This document shows positions 1 to 10,247 of a DNA stretch of 64,000 nucleotides, piece by piece. Positions within the stretch are counted from its first letter, which is position 1; each line of letters opens with the position of its first letter. Made by a program: the position numbers and the translations under genes. The notes under the pieces are model-generated. The model saw nothing but the letters and a program-made list of their open reading frames with translations, searched no databases and had not been told where the DNA came from. The DNA is from Eledone cirrhosa (Eukaryota): contig OZ024764.1 in the NCBI GenBank assembly GCA_964016885.1, forward strand, positions 24,490,001 to 24,554,000, read 5' to 3'.

Positions 1-3000
1 TCCAACGTCTGGAAACTTTTCTGGGAACGTCCCGCTCCTTGCTTTTAGTGGGGGACTGGAATGGTATCCTGGATGCACGTTGGGACTATGTAGGGGCATG
101 TGCCAATAGAGGGGGGTGTAAAAGCCTCAAAAGGTTAATCGGCCGATTTGACCTGGCCGATAGATATCGACTAGATTTTCCGACTGTACCACTATGGACG
201 TGGACCAATCGCAGTGGAACATCTAGGTCGTACCTAGATAGGGTCCTAGTTAGAGAGAACGATAGGGACACATTTAGCTGTCCAAAAATGTTCATGGTTG
301 ACTATTCGGATCACAAGTTAGTGACCTGCATAGCCAACCTTGATAGAACCCATAGACAGGGACCCGGTTACTGGAAGCTGAACTTGTCCTTACCGAGAAG
401 CAAAGCTTACAGTAAACGGATTAGCACGTTAGTTAAGCAGAGTTTGACAGGGGCAATTGTCAACAACAGGTGGTGGAGCTCTCTTAAGAGAGCAATTAGA
501 ATAGAATCGATAGGTTTTAGTCAGGAATTAGCAAGGGATAGGAACAAGACGGAAAGGGAATTAGTAGATAGAGTAGAAGAGGCGATTAGGAGTGGCAATG
601 TAGCCGGCGTGCTGGCATCAAGAATGGCCTTAGACCAGTTCTTTGAGGTGAAGCATGAAGGCTGCGTTGTCAGAAGTAAAATACGTGCTCTGGGTAATGA
701 GGGAGCCAAAGCTGTAAGCTGGGCCCGAGTGACAGAGGCAAAAAGTGGGAACAAGTCCACGATTCGGTCTTTGAAGAACCAGGATGGGCGTGTGATCCTT
801 GAACCTGGGCAGATGTGTGCGGCCTTTCAGCGGCACTTTGCACGACTGTTCGAGAGGGGCGGCGCGCCGGGTGAGACTATGGATTTCAATCCATACCTCG
901 ACGGTCTGCCGCGCCTCTCGGACGCGGAGGCGAAGTCCTGCGAAAGGACGATTTCAGCTGCTGAGATAGGGGCGGCGCTGAGCCAATGCGGCAAACGCAA
1001 ATCCCCGGGTCTCGATGGTCTACCATACGAGCTATATGTAGCAATGCCGGACTTGTTCTCCGATATCCTCGAAGCGGTCTACTGCAACTGGCAGCAGAAC
1101 GGGAGAATTCCCAGTTCTGTGACCAAGGGCGTAGTTACGCTGGTGAGGAAGGATGAGAACAAGGGGGATGACATAAGTAACTTCAGGCCCATAACTCTGC
1201 TAAATACAGAGTTAAAGATTTTGGCCAAGGTGTTAGCGAAGAGGTTGGCGCTTGTCGTTGGAAACCTGGTGGGAGAAGCGCAGACATGCGCAATCCCGTC
1301 CAGGTCCATTCACGACAATCTCCACCTTATGCGATACATCATAGAGAGGGTAGGGAATGAACCCGGCTTTGGTGGGGCCCTGATCAACTTGGATCAATCT
1401 AAAGCTTTCGATAGGGTTGACCATCGTTACCTGGATGCGGTGCTCGCGGCGGCAGGCTTCGGACCCGTTTTCAGGGGTTGGATTGCTGCGATGCACAGCA
1501 GCAACGTCTGCTCAAGGGTCAAGGTGAACGGCCACCTCTCGGAGCCGTTCCAAATCATGCGATCCATCCGACAGGGATGCCCTCTCTCCTCCCTACTGTA
1601 TGTGCTGGCTCTTGAGCCACTACTGCGGAAGTTGGAGCGGTTGCAGGGCATCCCTTTGGAACCGGGATTGCAGAAAGCGGCGTCGGCCTACGCCGATGAC
1701 GTGACAGTAATGGTGTCGAAAACCTCGCAAATCGGTGAGATCGGCACCTTACTGGAGGAATATGAAAGGTTTACAGGAGCCAAGCTGAACCGGGACAAGT
1801 CCGTCGGTTTGCAACTCGGAACATGGAGAGGCAAACCGATGCCCTCCAACGACGTCGTCGGACGCTGGACGGAGGGCCCGGTGAAGCTGCTTGGGGTCTG
1901 GTTCGGACCAGACCTCCAGGTGGAGAAAAACTGGAACGAGGTAACGGCGAGGGTGTTTGCACTCACCCAGAAGTGGGCCCAGTGCAAACTATCCCTGAAA
2001 GGTCGAGCGGAGGTGGCGAATACTTATATAGCATCCGTCATCTACTACCGCTTGACCGTCGTGCCTTGCCCAGTGAAAAGACTCGCCAAAATGGAGTGCG
2101 CGCTGTTCCAATTTTTTTGGAACAAGCGGACCCCTTTGGTGAGGAGATCCATCTGCTGTCAACACCCTTCGAAAGGAGGGCTGGGGATGCCGTGGCTACA
2201 GATGCGTAAACACGCATTAAGGCTACGGCACCTCCAGGTATTCCTCACCGGTCAACCGGTGTGGGCCCCGTTTGTGAGGCGAGCCTTTCCCAGACTCGTC
2301 TCGCTCACCGAGCTGCAATCCTGGGTCAAGCAAAGACCGAGAAAAGTGGGCGACTGGCACATTGAATGTGCCCAGGCGCTCACGGCCCTCTGGAAAGCGG
2401 ACCCGGCAATCAGTGGAGACTCCACCTCGACATTCTATAGAGGGTTGGTACGCAGCAGGTGCGACGATGCTCTCGGAGAAGCTCTAGGCATGGAGGAAGA
2501 TGAACTGGCCAGTCTGTTCGGTAGGACGTTTGGCCCTGGACCGATGGACAACTTCCAAAAGTCCCTGGCTTGGCAGTGCTACCGAGGGGCTCTACCCGTT
2601 CGAGACAAGCTCCACAGGCATGGGAGCCTGGGTAGAGATCCTTTGAATAAGATCTGTCCGAGATGCGTGCATGATGACGAAACCGTTGCGCACGCATTCG
2701 TACACTGCCCAGGCATTGCTGACCTGTGGGGCTATGTGGAACGACTACTGTCGAGGGTGGGACCAATCCGGTTGACCACCGAGTCCATTGTCACGATCAA
2801 ACCGCCTCCCCCTTTCAAAAACGAAGGAGAGGCGGTTTTTCTCTGTGTGGTAGCCATGGCTAAAGAAGTTGTATGGTGGACGAGGCTGAAAGGGCTGAGG
2901 TCAGACACCTTTCTCTCCGGCCAACAACTGGTCCCCTTTTTCAAATACCACTTTAAAAGAAGGATCAGAATGGAGAGAGAGGTGCTCTACCCCAGCAAGT

Positions 3001-3308
3001 TTTATGAAAGGTGGGTGAAAGTAGGGAGAATGGCCAGAGTGAATGGGTCTTCTCTCTATATCAGCCTGTAGGTGAAAGAAGAGGAAAAAGAGGAGACGAG
3101 GGAAGCACCTACTCTTTGTGCTCCTGAGGAGAAGGGTTACACATTTTTTCCGGGGTGTGTGCGACCCATGTTAATGCCCCCTCCCTATTGAGGACTTCGT
3201 TTGTTGTTGTTATTTCATTGTTATATTTTTGTACTCGTTAATTATATGTAAACTTCCCCCCTTGTATCTGTCCCTACCTTTTGTGCCCTAGTGGCAAATA
3301 AAGAAACC
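1..3308 (+). mobile_element. Tx1-clade non-LTR retrotransposon, copy 1 (5' part outside window)
   Basis: ORF2 plus 3' UTR ending GGCAAATAAAGAAACC. About a dozen substitutions by eye versus copy 2 at offset 10615. Confidence 0.95.
3..3071 (+). CDS. ORF2 (partial): AP-endonuclease, reverse transcriptase, C-terminal CCHC zinc finger
   Basis: EN motifs GDWN, LDRVLV, SDH; Tx1-like GPGYWKLN and PSKGGLG; RT motifs KSPGLDG, FRPITLLN, DQSKAFD, QGCPLS, YADD; CPRC...HAFVHC. Frame is open to the window edge. Confidence 0.95.
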   Translation, partial: QRLETFLGTSRSLLLVGDWNGILDARWDYVGACANRGGCKSLKRLIGRFDLADRYRLDFPTVPLWTWTNRSGTSRSYLDRVLVRENDRDTFSCPKMFMVDYSDHKLVTCIANLDRTHRQGPGYWKLNLSLPRSKAYSKRISTLVKQSLTGAIVNNRWWSSLKRAIRIESIGFSQELARDRNKTERELVDRVEEAIRSGNVAGVLASRMALDQFFEVKHEGCVVRSKIRALGNEGAKAVSWARVTEAKSGNKSTIRSLKNQDGRVILEPGQMCAAFQRHFARLFERGGAPGETMDFNPYLDGLPRLSDAEAKSCERTISAAEIGAALSQCGKRKSPGLDGLPYELYVAMPDLFSDILEAVYCNWQQNGRIPSSVTKGVVTLVRKDENKGDDISNFRPITLLNTELKILAKVLAKRLALVVGNLVGEAQTCAIPSRSIHDNLHLMRYIIERVGNEPGFGGALINLDQSKAFDRVDHRYLDAVLAAAGFGPVFRGWIAAMHSSNVCSRVKVNGHLSEPFQIMRSIRQGCPLSSLLYVLALEPLLRKLERLQGIPLEPGLQKAASAYADDVTVMVSKTSQIGEIGTLLEEYERFTGAKLNRDKSVGLQLGTWRGKPMPSNDVVGRWTEGPVKLLGVWFGPDLQVEKNWNEVTARVFALTQKWAQCKLSLKGRAEVANTYIASVIYYRLTVVPCPVKRLAKMECALFQFFWNKRTPLVRRSICCQHPSKGGLGMPWLQMRKHALRLRHLQVFLTGQPVWAPFVRRAFPRLVSLTELQSWVKQRPRKVGDWHIECAQALTALWKADPAISGDSTSTFYRGLVRSRCDDALGEALGMEEDELASLFGRTFGPGPMDNFQKSLAWQCYRGALPVRDKLHRHGSLGRDPLNKICPRCVHDDETVAHAFVHCPGIADLWGYVERLLSRVGPIRLTTESIVTIKPPPPFKNEGEAVFLCVVAMAKEVVWWTRLKGLRSDTFLSGQQLVPFFKYHFKRRIRMEREVLYPSKFYERWVKVGRMARVNGSSLYISL

Positions 3309-4383
3309 ACTCTATATATACTATTGAATTTTCATGGTAAAGGCTTTACCTCACATAATATCTCACATAACATTTACATTACTCTATATATACTATTGTA
3401 TTTTCATGGTAAAGGCTTTACCTCACATAATATCTCACATAACATTTACATTACTCTATATATACTATTGTATTTTCATGGTAAAGGCTTTACCTCACAT
3501 AATATCTCACATAACATTTACATTACTCTATATTTACTATTGTATTGTCACAGTAAAGGCTTTACCTCACATAATATCTCACATAACATTTACATTACTC
3601 TATATATACTATTGTATTGTCACAGTAAAGGCTTTACCTCACATAATATCTCACATAACATTTACATTACTCTATATTTACTATTGTATTGTCACAGTAA
3701 AGGCTTTACCTCACATAATATCTCACATAACATTTACATTACTCTATATATACTATTGTATTTTCACAGTAAAGGCTCTACCTCACATAATATCTCACAT
3801 AATATTTACATTACTCTATATTTACTATTGTATTGTCACAGTAAAGGCTTTACCTCACATAATATCTCACATAACATTTACATTACTCTATATATACTAT
3901 TGTATTTTCACAGTAAAGGCTCTACCTCACATAATATCTCACATAATATTTACATTACTCTATATTTACTATTGTATTGTCACAGTAAAGGCTTTACCTC
4001 ACATAATATCTCACATAACATTTACATTACTCTATATATACTATTGTATTTTCACAGTAAAGGCTTTACCTCACATAATATCTCACATAACATTTACATT
4101 ACTCTATATATACTATTGTATTGTCACAGTAAAGGCTCTACCTCACATAATATCTCACATAACATTTACATTACTCTATATATACTATTGTATTTTCACA
4201 GTAAAGGCTTTACCTCACATAATATCTCACATAACATTTACATTACTCTATATATACTATTGTATTTTCACAGTAAAGGCTCTACCTCACATAATATCTC
4301 ACATAACATTTACATTACTCTATATATACTATTGTATTTTCATGGTAAAGGCTTTACCTCACATAATATCTCACATGACATTT
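3309..4383 (+). repeat. 72-bp tandem array (~15 units) abutting the Tx1 3' end
   Basis: Unit ACTCTATATATACTATTGTATT(T/G)TCACAGTAAAGGCTTTACCTCACATAATATCTCACATAACATTTACATT; lines repeat every 360 bp (5x72). Confidence 0.98.
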
Positions 4384-4520
4384 AATCTGAGATTTTGGTA
4401 TTATTTATTTCGAGAACAATACCTTCACCTAAGTATGAGTGGCCAGTTATAGCCAGTTTGAATAGAAAGAAGTGAGGGAATTCTGGCCGGATATGGCTGG
4501 TTTAAATGCTAAAAGGATAT
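4384..4520. mobile_element. MITE-like arm (~140 bp), putative piggyBac-like (TTAA) non-autonomous element
   Basis: Homologous to 14350-14489 and to the reverse complement of 48446-48584; ends TTTAAATGCTAAAAGGATAT (degenerate terminus). Confidence 0.65.
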
Positions 4521-4623
4521 ATTATTTTTAAAAAATTGAATATGTATAGACCAACTCAGCTTGCATGTATGTATGTTGTTCTAGAAATTCAGCTGCTATT
4601 TTTAGCAGGTCTAGCTATAATAT

Positions 4624-4885
4624 ATCATCATCCTGTGGCCTCAGCCAAAATGGACTCAACAATTGATCTCCACGTGGGTCTGTCGTTCATTGCCGTTGCC
4701 AAGTCCTGGATTTCAATACCAGAATCTCTGTAGATGACATCGGGGTAGGAGAGCTTGTGTCCCCTGTTATTAGTGACTGCTTGTGGTTTCTAGAGCACTA
4801 ATGGGGACACAGCCTCAGAGCTGGTACGATGGCAGTGGCCAGCAAATCTTACTCTCCTTATACGTACGACAGATATGCATGGGAG
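4624..4885 (-). mobile_element. Degenerate 3' fragment of an RTE-like LINE
   Basis: Minus-strand translation LSYPDVIYRDSGIEIQDLATAMNDRPTWRSIV resembles the C-terminus of the element at 62370-63134; short GATGAT tail. Confidence 0.55.
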
Positions 4886-4890
4886 GCCGG

Positions 4891-5529
4891 CTGACATGTC
4901 TGTATGTTGTTCTAGAGATCCAGCTGCTATTTCTAGCAGGTCTAGCTACCATCTATAGAACAACTGACATGTCTGTTGTTCTAGAGATCCAGCTGCTATT
5001 TCTAGCAGGTCTAGCTACCATCTATAGACCAACTGACATGTCTGTTGTTCTAGAGATCCAGTTGCTATTTCTAGCAGGTCTAGCTACCATCTATAGAACA
5101 ACTGACATGTCTGTTGTTCTAGAGATCCAGCTGCTATTTCTAGCAGGTCTAGCTACCATCTATAGACCAACTGACATGTCTGTTGTTCTAGAGATCCAAC
5201 TGCTATTTCTAGCAGGTCTAGCTACCATCTATAGAACAACTGACATGTCTGTTGTTCTAGAGATCCAGCTGCTATTTCTAGCAGGTCTAGCTACCATCTA
5301 TAGACCAACTGACATGTCTGTTGTTCTAGAGATCCAGCTGCTATTTCTAGCAGGTCTAGCTACCATCTATAGAACAACTGACATGTCTGTTGTTCTAGAG
5401 ATCCAGTTGTTATTTCTAGCAAGTCTAGCTACCATCTATAGAACAACTGACATGTCTGTTGTTCTAGAGATCCAGTTGTTATTTCTAGCAGGTCTAGCTA
5501 CCATCTATAGAACAACTGACATGTCTGTT
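4891..5529. repeat. 69-bp minisatellite (~9 units)
   Basis: 23-aa periodicity in ORF 4783..5556; a single diverged monomer lies at ~4570-4620. Confidence 0.93.
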
Positions 5530-5698
5530 CTGGTTGAACAAGTAAGGAATGTTTAGTTCTGTTTCTATTTGTGGGGATTAATACCTTGGAGCTTTCATGA
5601 GGCCCCAGCCTGTTATTAGTGTGGCTGGGTGGGGTGTATGTGTGTATGTATATATGTATATATATGTGTGTGTATGTATATATGTTTATGTATGTATG

Positions 5699-5730
<32 letters not shown>

Positions 5731-5731
<1 letters not shown>

Positions 5732-6600
5732 TTTCTCTTTCTCTTAATTTCGAGTATATTTTTTTGACCGGCCACCTTCCTGGTGGCAAGGTTGTAAAAG
5801 AAAAGAAATTGTCATCCCTTGAATCGCAAGAATGTTTTGCAAATTTTGAAGGTGCCAGCTTTCGCAGCCACTTGTAGACTATGAATTAGGGAGCTGCGCT
5901 CTTTGTCCGCAAATCCAAGTTCAGTCATACTTTGGTCCAAATGGGTTGGTATATAACCCGTAGCTCCAATAATGATGGGTATGAAACTAAAGGTGTATCT
6001 TGGATACTGGATTTGTAAACTCCTCATCAATGGTCCGTAGATGTCCTCTTTCTCTTGTATTTTTCTGACAACGTTTACATCAAGTGGGCAGCTGATCTCC
6101 ACAACAGAACACGTTTTCAATGTGTGGTCCCAAACAACAATATCAGGCCGGTTGTGCTTTAATTTGGTAGCAGTTTTTATTTTCAGGTTCCACCAGTATT
6201 CCTTAGTGCCATCTGTCTCAATATATTCTTCCTCGTTAGTTGTTAATTTTGTTTTCCGAAGTGCGTTCCAGATGGTTCTAGCTATCCCATCGTGTCTCAT
6301 GGGGAGGTAGTAGCGAGATGACATTCTTTCGCAGCTGGCAACAATGTGGCTTACATCCTCGATCTTTGTTTTACATAGCCTACATTTATTGTCAGCTGAT
6401 GGCCCTCCTCTTTTGTGCAGCAGATATTTGGTAGGGAGTTCTTGTTCCTGTATTGCATAGAGATATCCCTCAAGGTGTGATGTCATAAACTTGTCGGAAC
6501 TCCATGCCAGGCTCTTTGAGTGGTTTATCCCATCTATGGTCTGTGTTTTACGTCTCAAGTATCCATGCACAACTTTTTCTGTAAATTGGTCAATTTTTTC
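5731..6600 (-). mobile_element. 5'-truncated RLE-type LINE (R4/Dong-like) in a (TATG)n microsatellite
   Basis: ORF 5812..6570(-) has CRLC...HIVASC knuckle, RHD motif and RPDIVV...EISCP restriction-like endonuclease core; TATG repeats on both sides. Confidence 0.85.
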
Positions 6601-6984
6601 AATGTATGTATGTATGTTTGTTTGTATATATGTATGTATGTATGTATGTTTGTTTGTATGTTTGTTTGTTTGTAAATATGTATGTATGAATGTATGTTTG
6701 TATGTATGTATATATATTTCTAGGCATGTATGTGTGTATGTATGTATGTGTGTATGTATGTTCTTCTGGTTTTATAATTTCACAAAGTTTTACCAATAGA
6801 GAGAGAGTCGGTTTCTAACATAGACACAAGACTCTCAGTGGAATTTACACAACATCAACTAGGTAGATATGTATGTCTGCATGTGTAGATATGGATGTTA
6901 TTGTATGTGTGGATGTGGATGTTTTGAGTTGTATGTGTGCATGTGTATATGCTTTGTATCTGTACATGTGTATATGCAGTTATT

Positions 6985-7070
6985 AGATACAACATTTTTG
7001 GAATGTTTTACATATTTTTACTGTTCCATTAATGGATTGTACTTGTAATTTCCTAACTAGTGTTCTTTCT
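6985..7070 (-). mobile_element. Short diverged 3' fragment of a related RLE-type LINE
   Basis: LQVQSINGTVKICKTF matches LQVAAKAGTFKICKTF of the 5812 ORF; again next to TGTA/TATG repeats. Confidence 0.6.
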
Positions 7071-7575
7071 GTATGTATGTATGCATGTGTATATATGTAA
7101 ATGTATGTGTATATATTAATATGTATATACATGTGTGCATGTGTATGTATATGTGTGGGGACATAGAAATAATTGGGCTGGATACCCAATCCGCAGTTAA
7201 ACCACTGGGAGTGAAGGACCCCTAGCCTTTGTCAGGGCATTCTTCTAGAAGGCAACTCAGGAAACTGGGATAACTCTGACATAAAACCTGCGGCTCAGTA
7301 GTTACCGATGATGTTAATCTTTTCTTCTTTTCAGGTTATAGCTACTGTCTCTCAGAGAGTGGGATTGGCTCAGTGCACAGTCTTTCCTCACTTTAAAACA
7401 TATCTTCACACACAGGCATTGCAGGATGGCATTAATTGATAATTTAATGTTATATCGTGCAATAGCCATACTCGATAACAAGGGGGCAACCATCATGTAT
7501 GTATATATGTATGTCTATATGTATATATTTATATATAAATGTAATCTGAGTTTTTCAAATATTAATAATTGTTTC

Positions 7576-7692
7576 TACTTTTGGCACAAGGCCAGCAATT
7601 ATCCAGTGTATTACTGGTACTTTATTTTATCGACCCCGTAAGGATGAAAGGCAAAGTTAACCTCGGCGGGATTAGAACTCAGACTCTATGCG
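7576..7692 (-). mobile_element. Truncated tRNA-derived SINE (family 2)
   Basis: Homologous to 45728-45860 (TTTTGGCACAAGG...GGATGAAAGGCAAAGTTAACCTCGGCG); stops at ACTCTATGCGT where the 72-bp array begins. Confidence 0.75.
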
Positions 7693-8291
7693 TCACATAA
7701 TATCCCACATAACATTTACATTACTCTATATATACTATTGTATTTTCACAGTAAAGGCTTTACCGCACATAATATCTCACATAACATTTACATTACTCTA
7801 TATATACTATTGTATTGTCACAGTAAAGGCTTTACCTCACATAATATCTCACATAACATTTACATTACTCTATATATACTATTGTATTGTCACAGTAAAG
7901 GCTTTACCTCACATAATATCTCACATAACATTTACATTACTCTATATATACTATTGTATTGTCACAGTAAAGGCTTTACCTCACATAATATCTCACATAA
8001 CATTTACATTACTCTATATATACTATTGTATTTTCACAGTAAAGGCTTTACCTCACATAATATCTCACATAACATTTACATTACTCTATATATACTATTG
8101 TATTGTCACAGTAAAGGCTTTACCTCACATAATATCTCACATAACATTTACATTACTCTATATATACTATTGTATTGTCACAGTAAAGGCTTTACCTCAC
8201 ATAATATCTCACATAACATTTACATTACTCTATATATACTATTGTATTGTCACAGTAAAGGCTTTACCTCACATAATATCTCACATAACAT
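7693..8291 (+). repeat. 72-bp tandem array (~8.3 units) upstream of Tx1 copy 2
   Basis: Same unit as 3309-4383; ends CACATAACAT at the element 5' end. Confidence 0.98.
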
Positions 8292-8492
8292 CTCGTATAC
8301 GAGAGACGTGTGTGAACAAGCTCGGCTACCGAGTCGGATTTACTTACTCAAAAAGTGAGTTTTGATTAATTTTTTTATACTGTAATATACGTTAACCCCT
8401 TGCCTTGGTCGTCAAACTTTGAGTTTATTTATTTTCGCCCCTTTTTGGGGCGAATTTTCCAGTTAAAAATTTATTACGGCAAACTAATAGAA

Positions 8493-10226
8493 ATGGACGG
8501 AATTTTCACATCTCATCCTAACGTGAAAGCCACGCCCCCTAAGAAAGGTGATACAGAGAAGCTAGAAGCACAAGGCTCTAAGTCTTCCCTCCTCACTTCT
8601 GCAAAAGAAACATGGAACACGGAATTAAAAGAAAAATTTGTAGAAATGGGTGAAAACCCAGAAAGTCACATAAACGCAGACAAAAACATCAACGACAATA
8701 ACAGCAATAGTCACAACACCAACCAAGGAAAAAATAACGATAACACCAAACAAAGTGAACCCACTACTGGTACCTCCTTTGCACAGGCGGTCCGGAAAAC
8801 ACAAACCTGCAAGCAACTGGACATTACAACTCTGAGAGAAAAGATGAAGGAAGCGAAACAGTATGTAACTTTCAAAGAAGGAGGAGACTTCACAATCACC
8901 TCCCCACAAGAAATCAAAAGAGACACGACGCTAAGAACGATATCTTTCAGAACAATTTCCAACATAACAAGGAAACCAACTCAATTATCCCAAAAAGAGA
9001 TTGAGCTGGTCCTAAAAAATGTGTGGAGTGATATATCGTTCATACAAAAAGGGCCACTCTATGGGAATATAACGGTCCTAATGAAGGATCAATTGACGGC
9101 CAGGAAATACTCTGTGGCACCAATTGTTTCCAAGATATATACATTTTTCCCCACATATTTAGGGAAAAGAACGCAGAAGATAAGGGTCTCCGGAATCCGG
9201 CCAAATGCATGCATTTCCTGGGTACTAACAGGATTTTTAGAAGACGAGGACGGAATCCTCTCAGTAGGAGAAGTCACCACAGACGTTTTCGGCGGTTTGA
9301 GCGTGGAGGTTCTGGTCCAAATGAGACCAGAACGAATCGCTAGAATACCACAGAGGGTGTCCCTCGATGGAGAAACATTTATATATATTTCAGCCGAGGG
9401 TAGGAGGCCCATATGTTACTACTGTTCAAGCAGGGGTCATCTAAGGGCTGCTTGTCCTCAATTGACAAAAAAAAAGGCTCTTTTGCCTACACCCCACACA
9501 CCACCACCGCCACCACCACCACCACCACCACCTCCACCACAACAACGACAAAAACAACAGGGAAAAATAACACAAGACACGGCCCCACCCAAAACAACTC
9601 CCAAAACACACACAAATACAACAAAACCCCAAAATACACCACTACCCGACAGCACGGACGAGGACCCAGCGGAAACGGCACCTAGTGACGAAGAGGGGGA
9701 ACCCTTCCAACCTGTAAAAAGGAAAAAAAGAAAGCACCACTCGAACATAAACGAAACAAACACACAACCACCAACAAAAACAAAACAAACAGAACAAACA
9801 AAATCCGCCCCACCCCAAAACATAACACACACAACAAAACGTAAGCACACACAAGAACAACAAACAAACACAACACAAATAAAACAGTATACATACATTA
9901 ACACAAATAACAAAGAACTAGTAAAAACAATACACAAAGACCCTTTGGTGGAAACTGAAGGGCAATTCTTTGCAAGCGCGGCCAACAAACCGCATTTAAA
10001 AATGATAAGACTCCCAATGGACACCTATGCAAAACTAAGAGAGAACTTTCCTGAGGACGTGGGGAAAACATGTACTCGACCCTATAACCGCGTCCTCTTG
10101 AAACGTTTCCCCACCCACACCTCACCAAACACCCCCACTCCACCACAGAACAACACCCCACCAAACAACCCCTCCAATACGCCCATGGATATTGTGCAAC
10201 CTGCTCCTCAGGAGCCGAACAGGTAG
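8493..10226 (+). CDS. ORF1 gag-like nucleic-acid-binding protein (577 aa from first ATG)
   Basis: CCHC knuckle CYYCSSRGHLRAAC, Pro/Thr/Lys-rich low-complexity C-terminal half, basic KRKKRK; position upstream of ORF2. Confidence 0.9.
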   Translation: MDGIFTSHPNVKATPPKKGDTEKLEAQGSKSSLLTSAKETWNTELKEKFVEMGENPESHINADKNINDNNSNSHNTNQGKNNDNTKQSEPTTGTSFAQAVRKTQTCKQLDITTLREKMKEAKQYVTFKEGGDFTITSPQEIKRDTTLRTISFRTISNITRKPTQLSQKEIELVLKNVWSDISFIQKGPLYGNITVLMKDQLTARKYSVAPIVSKIYTFFPTYLGKRTQKIRVSGIRPNACISWVLTGFLEDEDGILSVGEVTTDVFGGLSVEVLVQMRPERIARIPQRVSLDGETFIYISAEGRRPICYYCSSRGHLRAACPQLTKKKALLPTPHTPPPPPPPPPPPPPQQRQKQQGKITQDTAPPKTTPKTHTNTTKPQNTPLPDSTDEDPAETAPSDEEGEPFQPVKRKKRKHHSNINETNTQPPTKTKQTEQTKSAPPQNITHTTKRKHTQEQQTNTTQIKQYTYINTNNKELVKTIHKDPLVETEGQFFASAANKPHLKMIRLPMDTYAKLRENFPEDVGKTCTRPYNRVLLKRFPTHTSPNTPTPPQNNTPPNNPSNTPMDIVQPAPQEPNR

Positions 10227-10247
10227 GTCCTTCCTCTTTTAACCAAC

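Noticed and set aside
86-2944. Short antisense and alternate-frame ORFs inside Tx1 ORF2
   Set aside because: Shadow ORFs of a GC-balanced coding region; they recur only because the copies are near-identical.
3309-4383. 72-bp arrays as CRISPR-like arrays next to an RT gene
   Set aside because: Units are contiguous and near-identical with no unique spacers, no cas genes, and the context is eukaryotic.
3291-4452. ORFs through the 72-bp arrays (also 7688, 13906, 48567, 48661, 50224, 52121)
   Set aside because: Unit length is divisible by three and stop-free in two frames; most starts are non-ATG; no other coding evidence.
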